NCBI GenBank assembly: GCA_014727915.1
Contig: WJMO01000005.1
Span: 192,001-256,000 of the forward strand
Direction: 5' to 3'
Length of the DNA stretch: 64,000 nt
Source: Candidatus Altiarchaeales archaeon
GTDB lineage: Archaea > Altiarchaeota > Altiarchaeia > IMC4 > SCGC-AAA252-I15
The notes under the pieces were generated by a model. That model was given only the letters and a program-made list of their open reading frames with translations. It was not told where the DNA came from and made no database searches. This document shows, one piece after another, positions 47,453-56,556 of this stretch (within the stretch, counting starts at the first letter, position 1; each line of letters opens with the position of its first letter). The position numbers and the translations under genes are program-made.

Positions 47453-48352
47453 ATGGCATCCGATCTTATGAGTATGGGTGGCTTAGAGTTCTCCTTGAAC
47501 GCAATAACGGTTCTCGTGTCGTTTGCTGCGGTGGTCTACTGGGTCAAGTTCTTCCGGAGGATAGCATTGTCTGGCAGGCAGGGGATAGGTTGGATATGGA
47601 TATTCGCGTCTGTCCTCATGGTTTTGTTGCTCAACCTCTCTGCGATAGTGATGTTCACGAGCGAGAGCGTGGTCCTGGTGGGTTCTGGAGATACGTTCGT
47701 CGTTGAAGTGACTAAGATGGAGCTGATGAACACTCTGGCCCGGACTATAATAGCCGTTTCAGTCACTTTCGGCGCGTATCTCCTCTATGAGTCAATGGGC
47801 AGCGCCGACGGCATGAAGTACATGTTCAAGCCTGTTCAGTCGCTTGCCGAGGCTAGAAGCAAGGCAGAGCAGAAATTCAGCTTGGAACCCGGTCAGACCT
47901 ACCTTGTCCTGTCAGGCCCTAACGTCACCGATGACGCTGGCGTAGAATGGGATATGTTCGTTGACATGGTCACTCACGGGACCTACGGGTTCGCCATAAC
48001 CCGCACCTATCCCCCTGCCCTAAGGGAGAGATACGGTGTTGTTAAGACGCCCATCCTCTGGCTTACCAAGGACAAGGCATTCAAGGACTGCATACACCCC
48101 ACATCCCTCATCGACTTGAGCCATATGGTGAAGGATTTCATATCCCATGATGGGAAAACGGTAGTGCTCCTCGACGGTCTGGTATACCTTATATCCCACA
48201 ACGACTTCAACGATGTCCTCAAGATAATTCAGGGCTTGAACGATGTTGTGGTGCAGTTTGATTCGCGGATTATAATGCCAATAGACCCTGAGGCGCTGAC
48301 CGAGCGCCAGTTCCACATGCTGAAGACAGAGGCCAAATTGTGGGTGCCCTGA
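47453..48352 (+). CDS. Membrane sensor + DUF835 protein (paralog 1)
   Basis: N-terminal TMs; C-terminal AITRTYP...ILWLT...VLLDGLVYLISHNDF. Confidence 0.82.
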   Translation: MASDLMSMGGLEFSLNAITVLVSFAAVVYWVKFFRRIALSGRQGIGWIWIFASVLMVLLLNLSAIVMFTSESVVLVGSGDTFVVEVTKMELMNTLARTIIAVSVTFGAYLLYESMGSADGMKYMFKPVQSLAEARSKAEQKFSLEPGQTYLVLSGPNVTDDAGVEWDMFVDMVTHGTYGFAITRTYPPALRERYGVVKTPILWLTKDKAFKDCIHPTSLIDLSHMVKDFISHDGKTVVLLDGLVYLISHNDFNDVLKIIQGLNDVVVQFDSRIIMPIDPEALTERQFHMLKTEAKLWVP

Positions 48353-48401
48353 TAAAGGCTGGTTTTCTTTAATATTTGATTGCATGTAATATGATTCAAT
48401 A

Positions 48402-49292
48402 ATGGATGTGCTGCCTGGAGACTTTGTGGATTTGCCCTTCACATTGAATGTTTTCACGATAATAGTATCCCTGGCGGCAGTATACTACTGGGTCAAGCTT
48501 TTCAAGAGGATCTCGATTTCCGACCGCCGGGACGAGGGTTGGATGTGGATATTCGCGTCTGTCCTCATGGTCCTGCTGCTGAACGTTTCCACCATGCTCC
48601 TCGTTTCCACCAGCGGCAGAATACCCGTGGACTCCTATCGCGTGTTCGTCGTTGACGTGAAGACGCTGGAGTTCGTGAACGCTTTCAGCCGGACTGTCAT
48701 GGCTTTGTCGATGACTATCGGAGCCTACATGCTCTATAAGTCCATGAGGTCCCGGGGCGATGTGAAGTTCATGTTCTCCCCCGTCGAGCATGTTATGGAG
48801 GACTCCAGCACCTCGGAGCAGAAGTTCGATCTGAAATCGGGGTGCAGCTACCTGGTCAGCGCTGACCAGGAAGATGGTTCGGTGTCCGGCTGGGACCTCT
48901 TTGTCGACCTGGTTACGCACGGCACAATGGGCTTGGTGGTTTCCCGCCACCATCCCCCGGAACTAAGGGATAGATACGGTTTGGTGAAGACGCCGATGGT
49001 ATGGCTGACTCAGGAGAAGGTCGATGACTCCCTTCACCCATCCGACCTGACGGAGCTGAGCCATATAATCAAGGAGTTCATATGGAAGGGCGGTGAGACC
49101 GCGGTCCTGTTGGACGGGATAGAATACCTCGTATTGCACAACAGCTTCGAGGACGTTCTGAAGACCATCCAGGGCGTTGACGATGTCGTGGTGCAGAACA
49201 AGTCATGCTTGATACTGACAATCGATCCCTCTGCGGTCTCCGAGCAGGAATTCCATCTTCTGAAGAGGGAGCTGAACGAGTACATGGCATAG
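48402..49292 (+). CDS. Membrane sensor + DUF835 protein (paralog 2)
   Basis: Same architecture; VVSRHHP...MVWLT...VLLDGIEYLVLHNSF. Confidence 0.82.
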   Translation: MDVLPGDFVDLPFTLNVFTIIVSLAAVYYWVKLFKRISISDRRDEGWMWIFASVLMVLLLNVSTMLLVSTSGRIPVDSYRVFVVDVKTLEFVNAFSRTVMALSMTIGAYMLYKSMRSRGDVKFMFSPVEHVMEDSSTSEQKFDLKSGCSYLVSADQEDGSVSGWDLFVDLVTHGTMGLVVSRHHPPELRDRYGLVKTPMVWLTQEKVDDSLHPSDLTELSHIIKEFIWKGGETAVLLDGIEYLVLHNSFEDVLKTIQGVDDVVVQNKSCLILTIDPSAVSEQEFHLLKRELNEYMA

Positions 49293-49300
49293 CCTGAGAC

Positions 49301-50302
49301 ATGAAGCCCTTGAACGCTGACTTCCGAACGGGGTCCGGTATTGATTCGCTCGTTGAGAGCATGTCTTTCACAGAACAGGGGGAATTGGACGTCAGCGAGC
49401 TCAGGAACCGTCTTGAGACTGGCGGTTTCAAGTTCGAGGATTTGAGGGTTACCCCGTCTCCTGGCGCTTCCCTCTTGGCTGTCGACTCGTCCTTTTCGAT
49501 GAGGGAGCTGAGTTACCATGCCATCTGGGCAACTCACGCTGTCGCATTATACGGTGAATACGATGGTGGCGAGAACGATGACATCCTGGTCGGGCATGGT
49601 TCCATCCCCTACGGGAACCTGCTTTACTCCAGCTACCTGGAAGCCGGCGAATTCATTCCCTACAGTGAGGTCGACTCCCGGGGTAATGCGGCTCGCGTGT
49701 CTTTCGAGTTCAGCTCTTTAAAGAGGGCTTATGGTGAGTTGGAGTCCTCAGGCCTGAAACCTGACTTCATACTGGTTGACGGGAGCCTGTACACCAACCT
49801 ACGGAACATAAGGGCCAAGGATGGTGTTTTTCCCGAGTGTGAGGCGGCTCTAAGGTCTTTCGGGGAGGTCCTTGGGATGGAGCGTGTGGTGGGCATGGTG
49901 GAGGACAGCCATGCGACGGACCTTTCGCGCGATTTGGGTTACAACTTCACCAACATGCTGCTGTTCGAGATTGCGCTGGAGCCTGGCGAGTATGTGGTGG
50001 ACGAGAGGGAGGGCATAAGCATATGCTATGTGAAGATGCCCTCCAAGCCGCTTCCATTCTCTGCTGCAGGCTCTTCCAAACCCCTTACTGTGAGGTGGGA
50101 GTTCAACTACCCTGGCTTCAGGGACGACCTTGGTTTGTTGGCTGGGATTTGGATGTCCGAGTCGGACATACTCCACCCTCAGATTTACATGTTGCGGACG
50201 GCCGACTATCTGACCAGGAAGATACGTGTTCAGGGCCTTCTGGAGAGGATCGTATCGGAGAAGGGACTGGGTCTAAAGTACAGGGAGCAGCGGGAGATTT
50301 GA
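49301..50302 (+). CDS. nurA: NurA-family nuclease
   Basis: LAVDSS and ILVDGSL acidic motifs; C-terminal Y.L..AD...K. Confidence 0.7.
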   Translation: MKPLNADFRTGSGIDSLVESMSFTEQGELDVSELRNRLETGGFKFEDLRVTPSPGASLLAVDSSFSMRELSYHAIWATHAVALYGEYDGGENDDILVGHGSIPYGNLLYSSYLEAGEFIPYSEVDSRGNAARVSFEFSSLKRAYGELESSGLKPDFILVDGSLYTNLRNIRAKDGVFPECEAALRSFGEVLGMERVVGMVEDSHATDLSRDLGYNFTNMLLFEIALEPGEYVVDEREGISICYVKMPSKPLPFSAAGSSKPLTVRWEFNYPGFRDDLGLLAGIWMSESDILHPQIYMLRTADYLTRKIRVQGLLERIVSEKGLGLKYREQREI

Positions 50303-50339
50303 CTATTTTTATTCCCATGGGCTTAATCTCTATTCTACC

Positions 50340-51845
50340 ATGGATGTTACTGTCAGGTTGTATGAGATCGAGACCGGGAAGCCCATTGTGGTCTTGAACG
50401 AGGAGGACATGAAGGACTTGGGCGTTCACATAGGCGACCGTATAAGGATATGCAAGGGCGAGAAATGTTACGTTACTGCGATAATCGACGCTACCACGTC
50501 CATGGTCAATGAGGGGGAGATAGGCATATTCGAGGAGGTCAAGAAGTCCCTCGACCTCAATGCTGGCGATGTCGTTGGCATACAGGCCACTTCCAGGCCA
50601 AAGTCCATCGAGTTCATAAAGAAGAAGCTTCACGGTCAGCACCTGCACGGCCATGAGATCACCACGATAGTCGAGGACATCGTTGAGAACAACCTCTCCG
50701 ACATAGAGTTGACCGCTCTGATGGTGGGCGCCTACATAAACGGATATGACATGGATGAGACTGTGGCTTTGACCCAGGCGATAGTCGAGACCGGCGACCA
50801 GATCGACTTCGGCGAGGAGGTCGTTGACAAGCACTGCATAGGCGGCGTGGCCGGGAACAGGACCACGATGCTCGTTGTTCCCATCATCGCGGCTGCGGGA
50901 CTGACGATGCCGAAGACCAGCTCGCGCGCGATCACTTCCCCTGCCGGCACCGCTGATACGATGGAGGTACTGGCTAAGGTGGAGTTCAAAATCGACGAAC
51001 TGAAGGACATAGTCAACAGGGTGGGTGCGTGCATAGTCTGGGGTGGTTCCGTCAACCTAGCGCCTGCCGATGACAAGATCATACGCGTCGAGTATCCGTT
51101 GTCCATAGACCCGGAGGGCCAGGTGCTGGCGAGCGTGATGGCCAAGAAGAAGAGCGTTGGCTCCGACTATCTGGTTATAGACATCCCAGTAGGCCATGGC
51201 GCCAAGTTGGACGACATGAACGAGGCCAACAGCTTGGCTAGGAAGTTCATAGAGCTGGGCAACAGGTTGGACATCAAGACCAAATGCCTTGTGACCGATG
51301 GCAGCTCTCCGATCGGCAGGGGCATAGGCCCTGCTTTGGAGGCCAGGGATGTGATGATGGCTTTGGATGGCAGGGGCCCCTTGGACCTGGTGAACAAGAG
51401 CATTGACTTGGCTGCCGCGTTGCTGGAGCTGTCTGGCAAGGTACGTAAGGGGAATGGCAGGGCTCTCGCAGAGGAGATACTAAACTCCGGGAAGGCCAGG
51501 GACAAGATGATGGAGATAATCGAGGCTCAGGGCGGTGACCCGAAGATAAGTCCGGAGGACATACCCTTGGGCGATAAGAAGTATGAGATCACATCGGGTG
51601 TGACCGGCAGGGTTCGTTCCATAGACAGCAAGCGGATATCAAAGGTCGCGAGGGCTGCTGGAGCTCCTAAGGACCATGGTGCGGGCATCGACCTCCAAGT
51701 CGGCGTCGGGGACACCGTTGACAAGGGAGGGGTACTTTACACCATATACTCCTCCAGCGAGAACAAGTTGGAGGATGCGATCAAACTGGCCCATGAGGCC
51801 CAGCCCATAAGGGTAGGGGGGGTCATACTCGAAGAGCTGGTCTAG
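50340..51845 (+). CDS. AMP phosphorylase
   Basis: N-terminal double-psi barrel extension, DKHCIGGVAGN, PKTSSRAITSPAGTAD, LAPADD. Confidence 0.95.
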   Translation: MDVTVRLYEIETGKPIVVLNEEDMKDLGVHIGDRIRICKGEKCYVTAIIDATTSMVNEGEIGIFEEVKKSLDLNAGDVVGIQATSRPKSIEFIKKKLHGQHLHGHEITTIVEDIVENNLSDIELTALMVGAYINGYDMDETVALTQAIVETGDQIDFGEEVVDKHCIGGVAGNRTTMLVVPIIAAAGLTMPKTSSRAITSPAGTADTMEVLAKVEFKIDELKDIVNRVGACIVWGGSVNLAPADDKIIRVEYPLSIDPEGQVLASVMAKKKSVGSDYLVIDIPVGHGAKLDDMNEANSLARKFIELGNRLDIKTKCLVTDGSSPIGRGIGPALEARDVMMALDGRGPLDLVNKSIDLAAALLELSGKVRKGNGRALAEEILNSGKARDKMMEIIEAQGGDPKISPEDIPLGDKKYEITSGVTGRVRSIDSKRISKVARAAGAPKDHGAGIDLQVGVGDTVDKGGVLYTIYSSSENKLEDAIKLAHEAQPIRVGGVILEELV

Positions 51846-51849
51846 CCTG

Positions 51850-54800
51850 TCATCTTGTTTGCCCTATTTTATCAAGTTCGACTTCGATGTCCTGGTAGCT
51901 TGTGGCGTTGTTGAGTATCCTGTTGGCCTCCTCCTCGGGGAGCTTTTGCCTCAGTTTGATCATCACATTTATCGCCTGGTCCAGCTCCTCTGGCGTCCTG
52001 GTCTTCGCCAGAAGGTCGTTAACGGCGTTCCTCGAGAGTCCGGTCTGGCTTATCCTCTGCATTGCCTCTGCGGTGACGGACATGTCGTCTGTTGTGTTAT
52101 CCTTCCACATTAGCTTGTTTATGACCTGTGTGGACAGGCCTCTGGATCTTAACTCCTCTATGAACTCCTCCTCCCTGCCTGATATCGCAGCCGTTCCGCT
52201 GGAAACCATCTTCTTGAGCTCTGCGTCGCTTTTCTCGCCCCATCTGCCGTTGAATTCATCGTATCTCCTTGATTGTCCCACCGCTGCCGCGATGTCCTTC
52301 TCATTCCACCCGGCATTGTCCATCCTCTCGATCGTGTCCACCGACCTGTCAATATCCTCCCTTATCTCCTCATAACCCTGCTCGTTCTCGCTCACGCCAA
52401 CGTATGTCGGGTCTTCCCGCACCCTGCCCCTGACTTGGCTCCAGGTGTACGCTCCGGCTGCGACTCCCCCCGCCATTGAAAGCATAGAACTCGAGAAGTT
52501 GCTGTACCCTATGGCATGCGGCTCGGTTGAGTAGTAGCCGCTGAGCTTGTTATACTCGTTTGATATGTTATCTGCGTTGTTCGAGGGTGTTACTACTATG
52601 CCAGTCATGGATAGGGGTCCGCTGAACTTCTCTCCACCCTCCAGGTAGGTCATATGGTGAGCGCCCCTGCTGAAGGATGCGAACTCCTCGATGTTCCTCC
52701 CGCTAGTCTCGCCTTCGAATGTGAGCATCCCAGGGTCTATGCCTGGCTTGACAGTGCTCTGGTGCTGTCTCAGGAGTTCAACAGCCCTCTTCTCTGCTTG
52801 GAGCCTGGATGTCAGGCTGGCCTTCAATGCGTCGCTGTCTGTGATCTCCGCGCTGACTGCACATCCACTATCGTCCAATGTGTAATCGCATCCTTCAAGG
52901 GCGTATCCGCTGCGTTGGCTGTTGTATAGGCTGACCAGGTTGGCGGAGGCGGTTTCCGGACTCCCGGCATTTTCCAACGTGCTGTTGACCAGTTCCATCC
53001 TCCCGGTTCTTGCCTGTATGTTCTCGTCCAGGGTCTGGTATTTCAGTGTGGTCATCTGACTCGCGTCGTATCTGCCGTTGCTGCTCTCTACTAGCCACTG
53101 TTTTGAGGATTCTCTCTGCTTCACCTCTCTCACCCTGTCAGCATCCAAGCCAGAGGCCTCTGCTATACTATCGACCTCCGCGTCGGTCACTGCTGCCATG
53201 GCTTCGCTGTCAATTCTCCCGCCTTTGACTAATCGTCCGCCCTCCACCCGGCCCAGCATCCTTATCTCATCCCTTGCGGCCTCTTCATACCTCAGCCCTG
53301 AGAGGCTTTCCTGAACCTTTGGCGCGGCCTCCGACCCGCGTGTGACCCTGATATCCCGGGCTCTCCTCTCTGCTGAGGTGTAGTCCATCGATTTTATGCT
53401 GTCAAGGTCGAACTCCGATGCGTTGGCGACCGGCAGGAAAAGGTGCACCTTCCTCCTCTCGTCGCTGCTGAGCATCCTGTACTCATCCTGGGATATAGAA
53501 CCCCTGAGGTGCTTGGGAACTGCCATGAGGTAGACTTCTTTCATCATGGTCTCGGCATTGGAGGCTGCCGGGCTACCAGGGTTGTCGTCAACGACTTCCT
53601 GAAGGACGTCCATTGCTCTCAAATTCTCTCCCCTGGAAGTTAGCGTGTCCACAGCGTCAAGGGCGTCTTCAGGGCTTCCTTCCTTTATGCTGGTCTCGGC
53701 CCGTCTGACCACCGAGGCGGTCGGTTCCACCGGCTTCTCCGGACGTGTTTCCTCCGCTGCTCTAGACTCCTCTTCTGCCCTGGTGCCTGCAGGTGTCTTC
53801 GCTGCTGCCGGGGGAGCTGAGGGTTTTGGAGTTGCATACCTCCTCAGGAAAGCGTCCGGGCTTCCCCCGTCCTTCACAGCTCCTGTTAGAGGGCCGTCGG
53901 CGGTGCTCCAGTTGTCGTCCTGGGATGACATGAGACTGTCTAAGGCGTCAACCGCGTTATCCGGTTTGGCTCCTTTCTCTCCGGCGACGAACCTGTCGAA
54001 CTCCTGGGCGTTCTGCCGCCCTATGAAGGCGACTCCCACGCCTTCGACTCCCTTCACGTTGCCCGATGTCCGGAGGTTCTCCAGTTTCCTGTTGTTGCCG
54101 ACGTATCTGATCATCTGTTCGGTCTTCTCGTCGGTGCTCATCGGCCTGTCGCCTCGAGCCTGCTGTCTTGTGTCCTTTTCCTCGACTGCGGCCGACATGG
54201 AGGGGACTCCGAGGTTGGGGTCCGTCCAGACAGGCTCCGTTATGCCGCCAGTAGCCTCTATTATCCTGTTAGCCTGGCTGGGGTTCAACCCGTTCATCCT
54301 CTGTAGGAACCGTCTGGCGAATAATCTGGCATCCCTCTCCACCTGCATCGAATAGGCTTTTGCCTTCCTCTCCTCTTCCAGAGCCGCTCTCTCACCCTCC
54401 CTATCAGCCTTCTTGTTGGCCTCTATCCTCTTCTGCTCCCACTTCTTCCATTCACTGTCGCTCGCCTCCTTTTCCCTGCTGTAGCCTTGCATGCCCTCTG
54501 TGAACCTCTGAACTGCCTTCTTCCTGTGCTCTGGGGTTACTGGTGTCCTCCGTTCCTGTTTGGGACGTCCTGCCTCCGCAGCTCCCAACCTGCTGCCTGC
54601 AGGTTTTGGCGGCGGCTCCATTATCCTGCCTCCTCCAGTTGTAGAATGTGATGCGCGTATCCCCGAGGGTGATCCGCCCACTCCGCCTAATCCGCCGGCT
54701 GGCGATCCTCCCGGTCCCCCAGCACGCTCAGCCTTGGCTCCGAAGCCTCCACGCCTCCCCGGATGTCGCATGTCCACATGCCCTGGCATGGCATCCGCTT

Positions 54801-56556
54801 GCATCTCGCCCGGCCTGGCCCTTCCATGTTTCCGCGTTACAGAACCTGGCTCGATGGTCTGAGTGGTTCCCGGCCGATTCATTTGGGTCGTGCCTGAAAC
54901 ATACCTTGATGTCGAGGTGTCCCTTATGGTGCTCCTACGGGGTGCTGTCCGGCGGTCTTCGCTGGCGTCCCAGCTCTTGCCCCCTTCCTCGCGGACCTGC
55001 TCCTCCTGCAGCGGTGGCTCTCCACCCTCAGAGTGTGTTGAGCTTGATTCTCTGACTGCAGAGCCTGTGTCTGCAGCCCATTGTATGTGGGATCCTCTTC
55101 TGATGTGGCGTCCTGGCATCCGGGAGGGCATGTGGACTGCTCCGCTGCCCAGAACCCCCGTCGCTCCCATCATCCCCGGCCTATGGAAAAGGCTGCTTCC
55201 ATGTCCTGAGATGCCGGGCATAGAAGTCAACCCCACCTCCCCGGGGGAGGGAAGATATCGTGCTCCGCCTACTGCGCCTTTGCTGCTGAAGTACGGTTCC
55301 GGGGCGCTCCCTATAGTGTCCGCGTCCGGGTTTGGAATGGTATACCTGAAGCTTGTTGAGGGTCCGCTGGCTTCTCCGCCTGCGTGGTCTCCCATGCTGT
55401 GTCCCATCATATACTGTCCGCTGGCGGTCTCCAGGGCGGTGTTCAGCCTGCCGGTCCTCATGTATGTTGCGACGAACCTTGACATGGAGTCTCCGCCCCT
55501 CGTGGAGTATATGTGGAGAACGGCACCCACCCATGACATCATCTGCAATCCGATCAATGGGCTGAAGACTACTCCAAGGTATGATGCTGTTAGGAGAACG
55601 AAGTCAGTTATGGGGTCTCCTGTTCCGCTGTCGATCATCATCAGCAACCCGATGACTATGAACAGGACTTGGATCAACTGTATGACCAGGAGCATTACCG
55701 TGAACCTGAGGAACCTCGTTCCAAGCCCTCGGAGAGAGAAGAAGGGGTTGGGTATGTCTGTGAAGTACATGAAGAGTATCAACGGGAAGAATGCCGCCAT
55801 CACATAGGTCAGGAAGTACCTGAACGCTGCCATCATAGCCGCTATCATTATTATGACTATGAAGATGTACATGGAGCAGCAGTATTGGCTTCCTCTCATG
55901 GTGGTTATCTTCCCGTAAAGTATGTTGAAGCTGTTTTCGGTCTGGTCTATCAGGGGAGTCACGACCAGCCTCTCAAGGTCGAACATCATCTGGAGGAGGA
56001 CGGGCGCCTGTGACACTAGTATCATGCCCACCAGCAGGCGGGTGAATGTGTCCTTTGCGTTGGCCCTCCCCTGGGGCGATCCTGCCATGAATATGAGGTA
56101 TGCTGCCACTATGATTATGCCAAAGATGTATACTATCTGTAGCGCCTCCATGACCCTCATGTTTATGACCCTTATGTTCGGGTCCACAGGCATCTGTATG
56201 GATATCTCCACGGCCTTGCCTTCCTCGTTGGTGTATACGACATATGGGTCGCAGAGTCCGCTGCTCGAGTATACGCATGGGTTTATCTGGGACATTATGA
56301 CCGTGGGTCGCATCATCGTCACCACCCCATACGCCCCCCATTCAACCAGGTATGTTATCATGGATTCGACGACGTTCTCCCAGAAGTTGTCCCACATGTC
56401 GACGAAGAAGTCCTTCGTCGCCTCCAGGTTCTCCTCGAAGTAATGCCAGTAGACGTCCCAGTTCACTCCCGCAGATACGTTTTGCACGGATAGCAGGGCC
56501 AACGCTATGACTGCGAGCGCGAGCACCAGCTTCCTGCGGTTATGCAATGTTTTCAC
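51850..56556 (-). CDS. Giant membrane protein with N-terminal VirB6/TrbL-like domain and ~1200-aa soluble tail
   Basis: Signal peptide, 6-7 TMs with GSPQGRANAKD loop and RYFLTYVMAAFFP helix, then a Gly/Pro/Arg-rich disordered region, coiled coil, TPR-like pair and helical repeats; GTGA overlap with the upstream gene. Confidence 0.75.
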   Translation of the reverse strand: MKTLHNRRKLVLALAVIALALLSVQNVSAGVNWDVYWHYFEENLEATKDFFVDMWDNFWENVVESMITYLVEWGAYGVVTMMRPTVIMSQINPCVYSSSGLCDPYVVYTNEEGKAVEISIQMPVDPNIRVINMRVMEALQIVYIFGIIIVAAYLIFMAGSPQGRANAKDTFTRLLVGMILVSQAPVLLQMMFDLERLVVTPLIDQTENSFNILYGKITTMRGSQYCCSMYIFIVIIMIAAMMAAFRYFLTYVMAAFFPLILFMYFTDIPNPFFSLRGLGTRFLRFTVMLLVIQLIQVLFIVIGLLMMIDSGTGDPITDFVLLTASYLGVVFSPLIGLQMMSWVGAVLHIYSTRGGDSMSRFVATYMRTGRLNTALETASGQYMMGHSMGDHAGGEASGPSTSFRYTIPNPDADTIGSAPEPYFSSKGAVGGARYLPSPGEVGLTSMPGISGHGSSLFHRPGMMGATGVLGSGAVHMPSRMPGRHIRRGSHIQWAADTGSAVRESSSTHSEGGEPPLQEEQVREEGGKSWDASEDRRTAPRRSTIRDTSTSRYVSGTTQMNRPGTTQTIEPGSVTRKHGRARPGEMQADAMPGHVDMRHPGRRGGFGAKAERAGGPGGSPAGGLGGVGGSPSGIRASHSTTGGGRIMEPPPKPAGSRLGAAEAGRPKQERRTPVTPEHRKKAVQRFTEGMQGYSREKEASDSEWKKWEQKRIEANKKADREGERAALEEERKAKAYSMQVERDARLFARRFLQRMNGLNPSQANRIIEATGGITEPVWTDPNLGVPSMSAAVEEKDTRQQARGDRPMSTDEKTEQMIRYVGNNRKLENLRTSGNVKGVEGVGVAFIGRQNAQEFDRFVAGEKGAKPDNAVDALDSLMSSQDDNWSTADGPLTGAVKDGGSPDAFLRRYATPKPSAPPAAAKTPAGTRAEEESRAAEETRPEKPVEPTASVVRRAETSIKEGSPEDALDAVDTLTSRGENLRAMDVLQEVVDDNPGSPAASNAETMMKEVYLMAVPKHLRGSISQDEYRMLSSDERRKVHLFLPVANASEFDLDSIKSMDYTSAERRARDIRVTRGSEAAPKVQESLSGLRYEEAARDEIRMLGRVEGGRLVKGGRIDSEAMAAVTDAEVDSIAEASGLDADRVREVKQRESSKQWLVESSNGRYDASQMTTLKYQTLDENIQARTGRMELVNSTLENAGSPETASANLVSLYNSQRSGYALEGCDYTLDDSGCAVSAEITDSDALKASLTSRLQAEKRAVELLRQHQSTVKPGIDPGMLTFEGETSGRNIEEFASFSRGAHHMTYLEGGEKFSGPLSMTGIVVTPSNNADNISNEYNKLSGYYSTEPHAIGYSNFSSSMLSMAGGVAAGAYTWSQVRGRVREDPTYVGVSENEQGYEEIREDIDRSVDTIERMDNAGWNEKDIAAAVGQSRRYDEFNGRWGEKSDAELKKMVSSGTAAISGREEEFIEELRSRGLSTQVINKLMWKDNTTDDMSVTAEAMQRISQTGLSRNAVNDLLAKTRTPEELDQAINVMIKLRQKLPEEEANRILNNATSYQDIEVELDKIGQTR

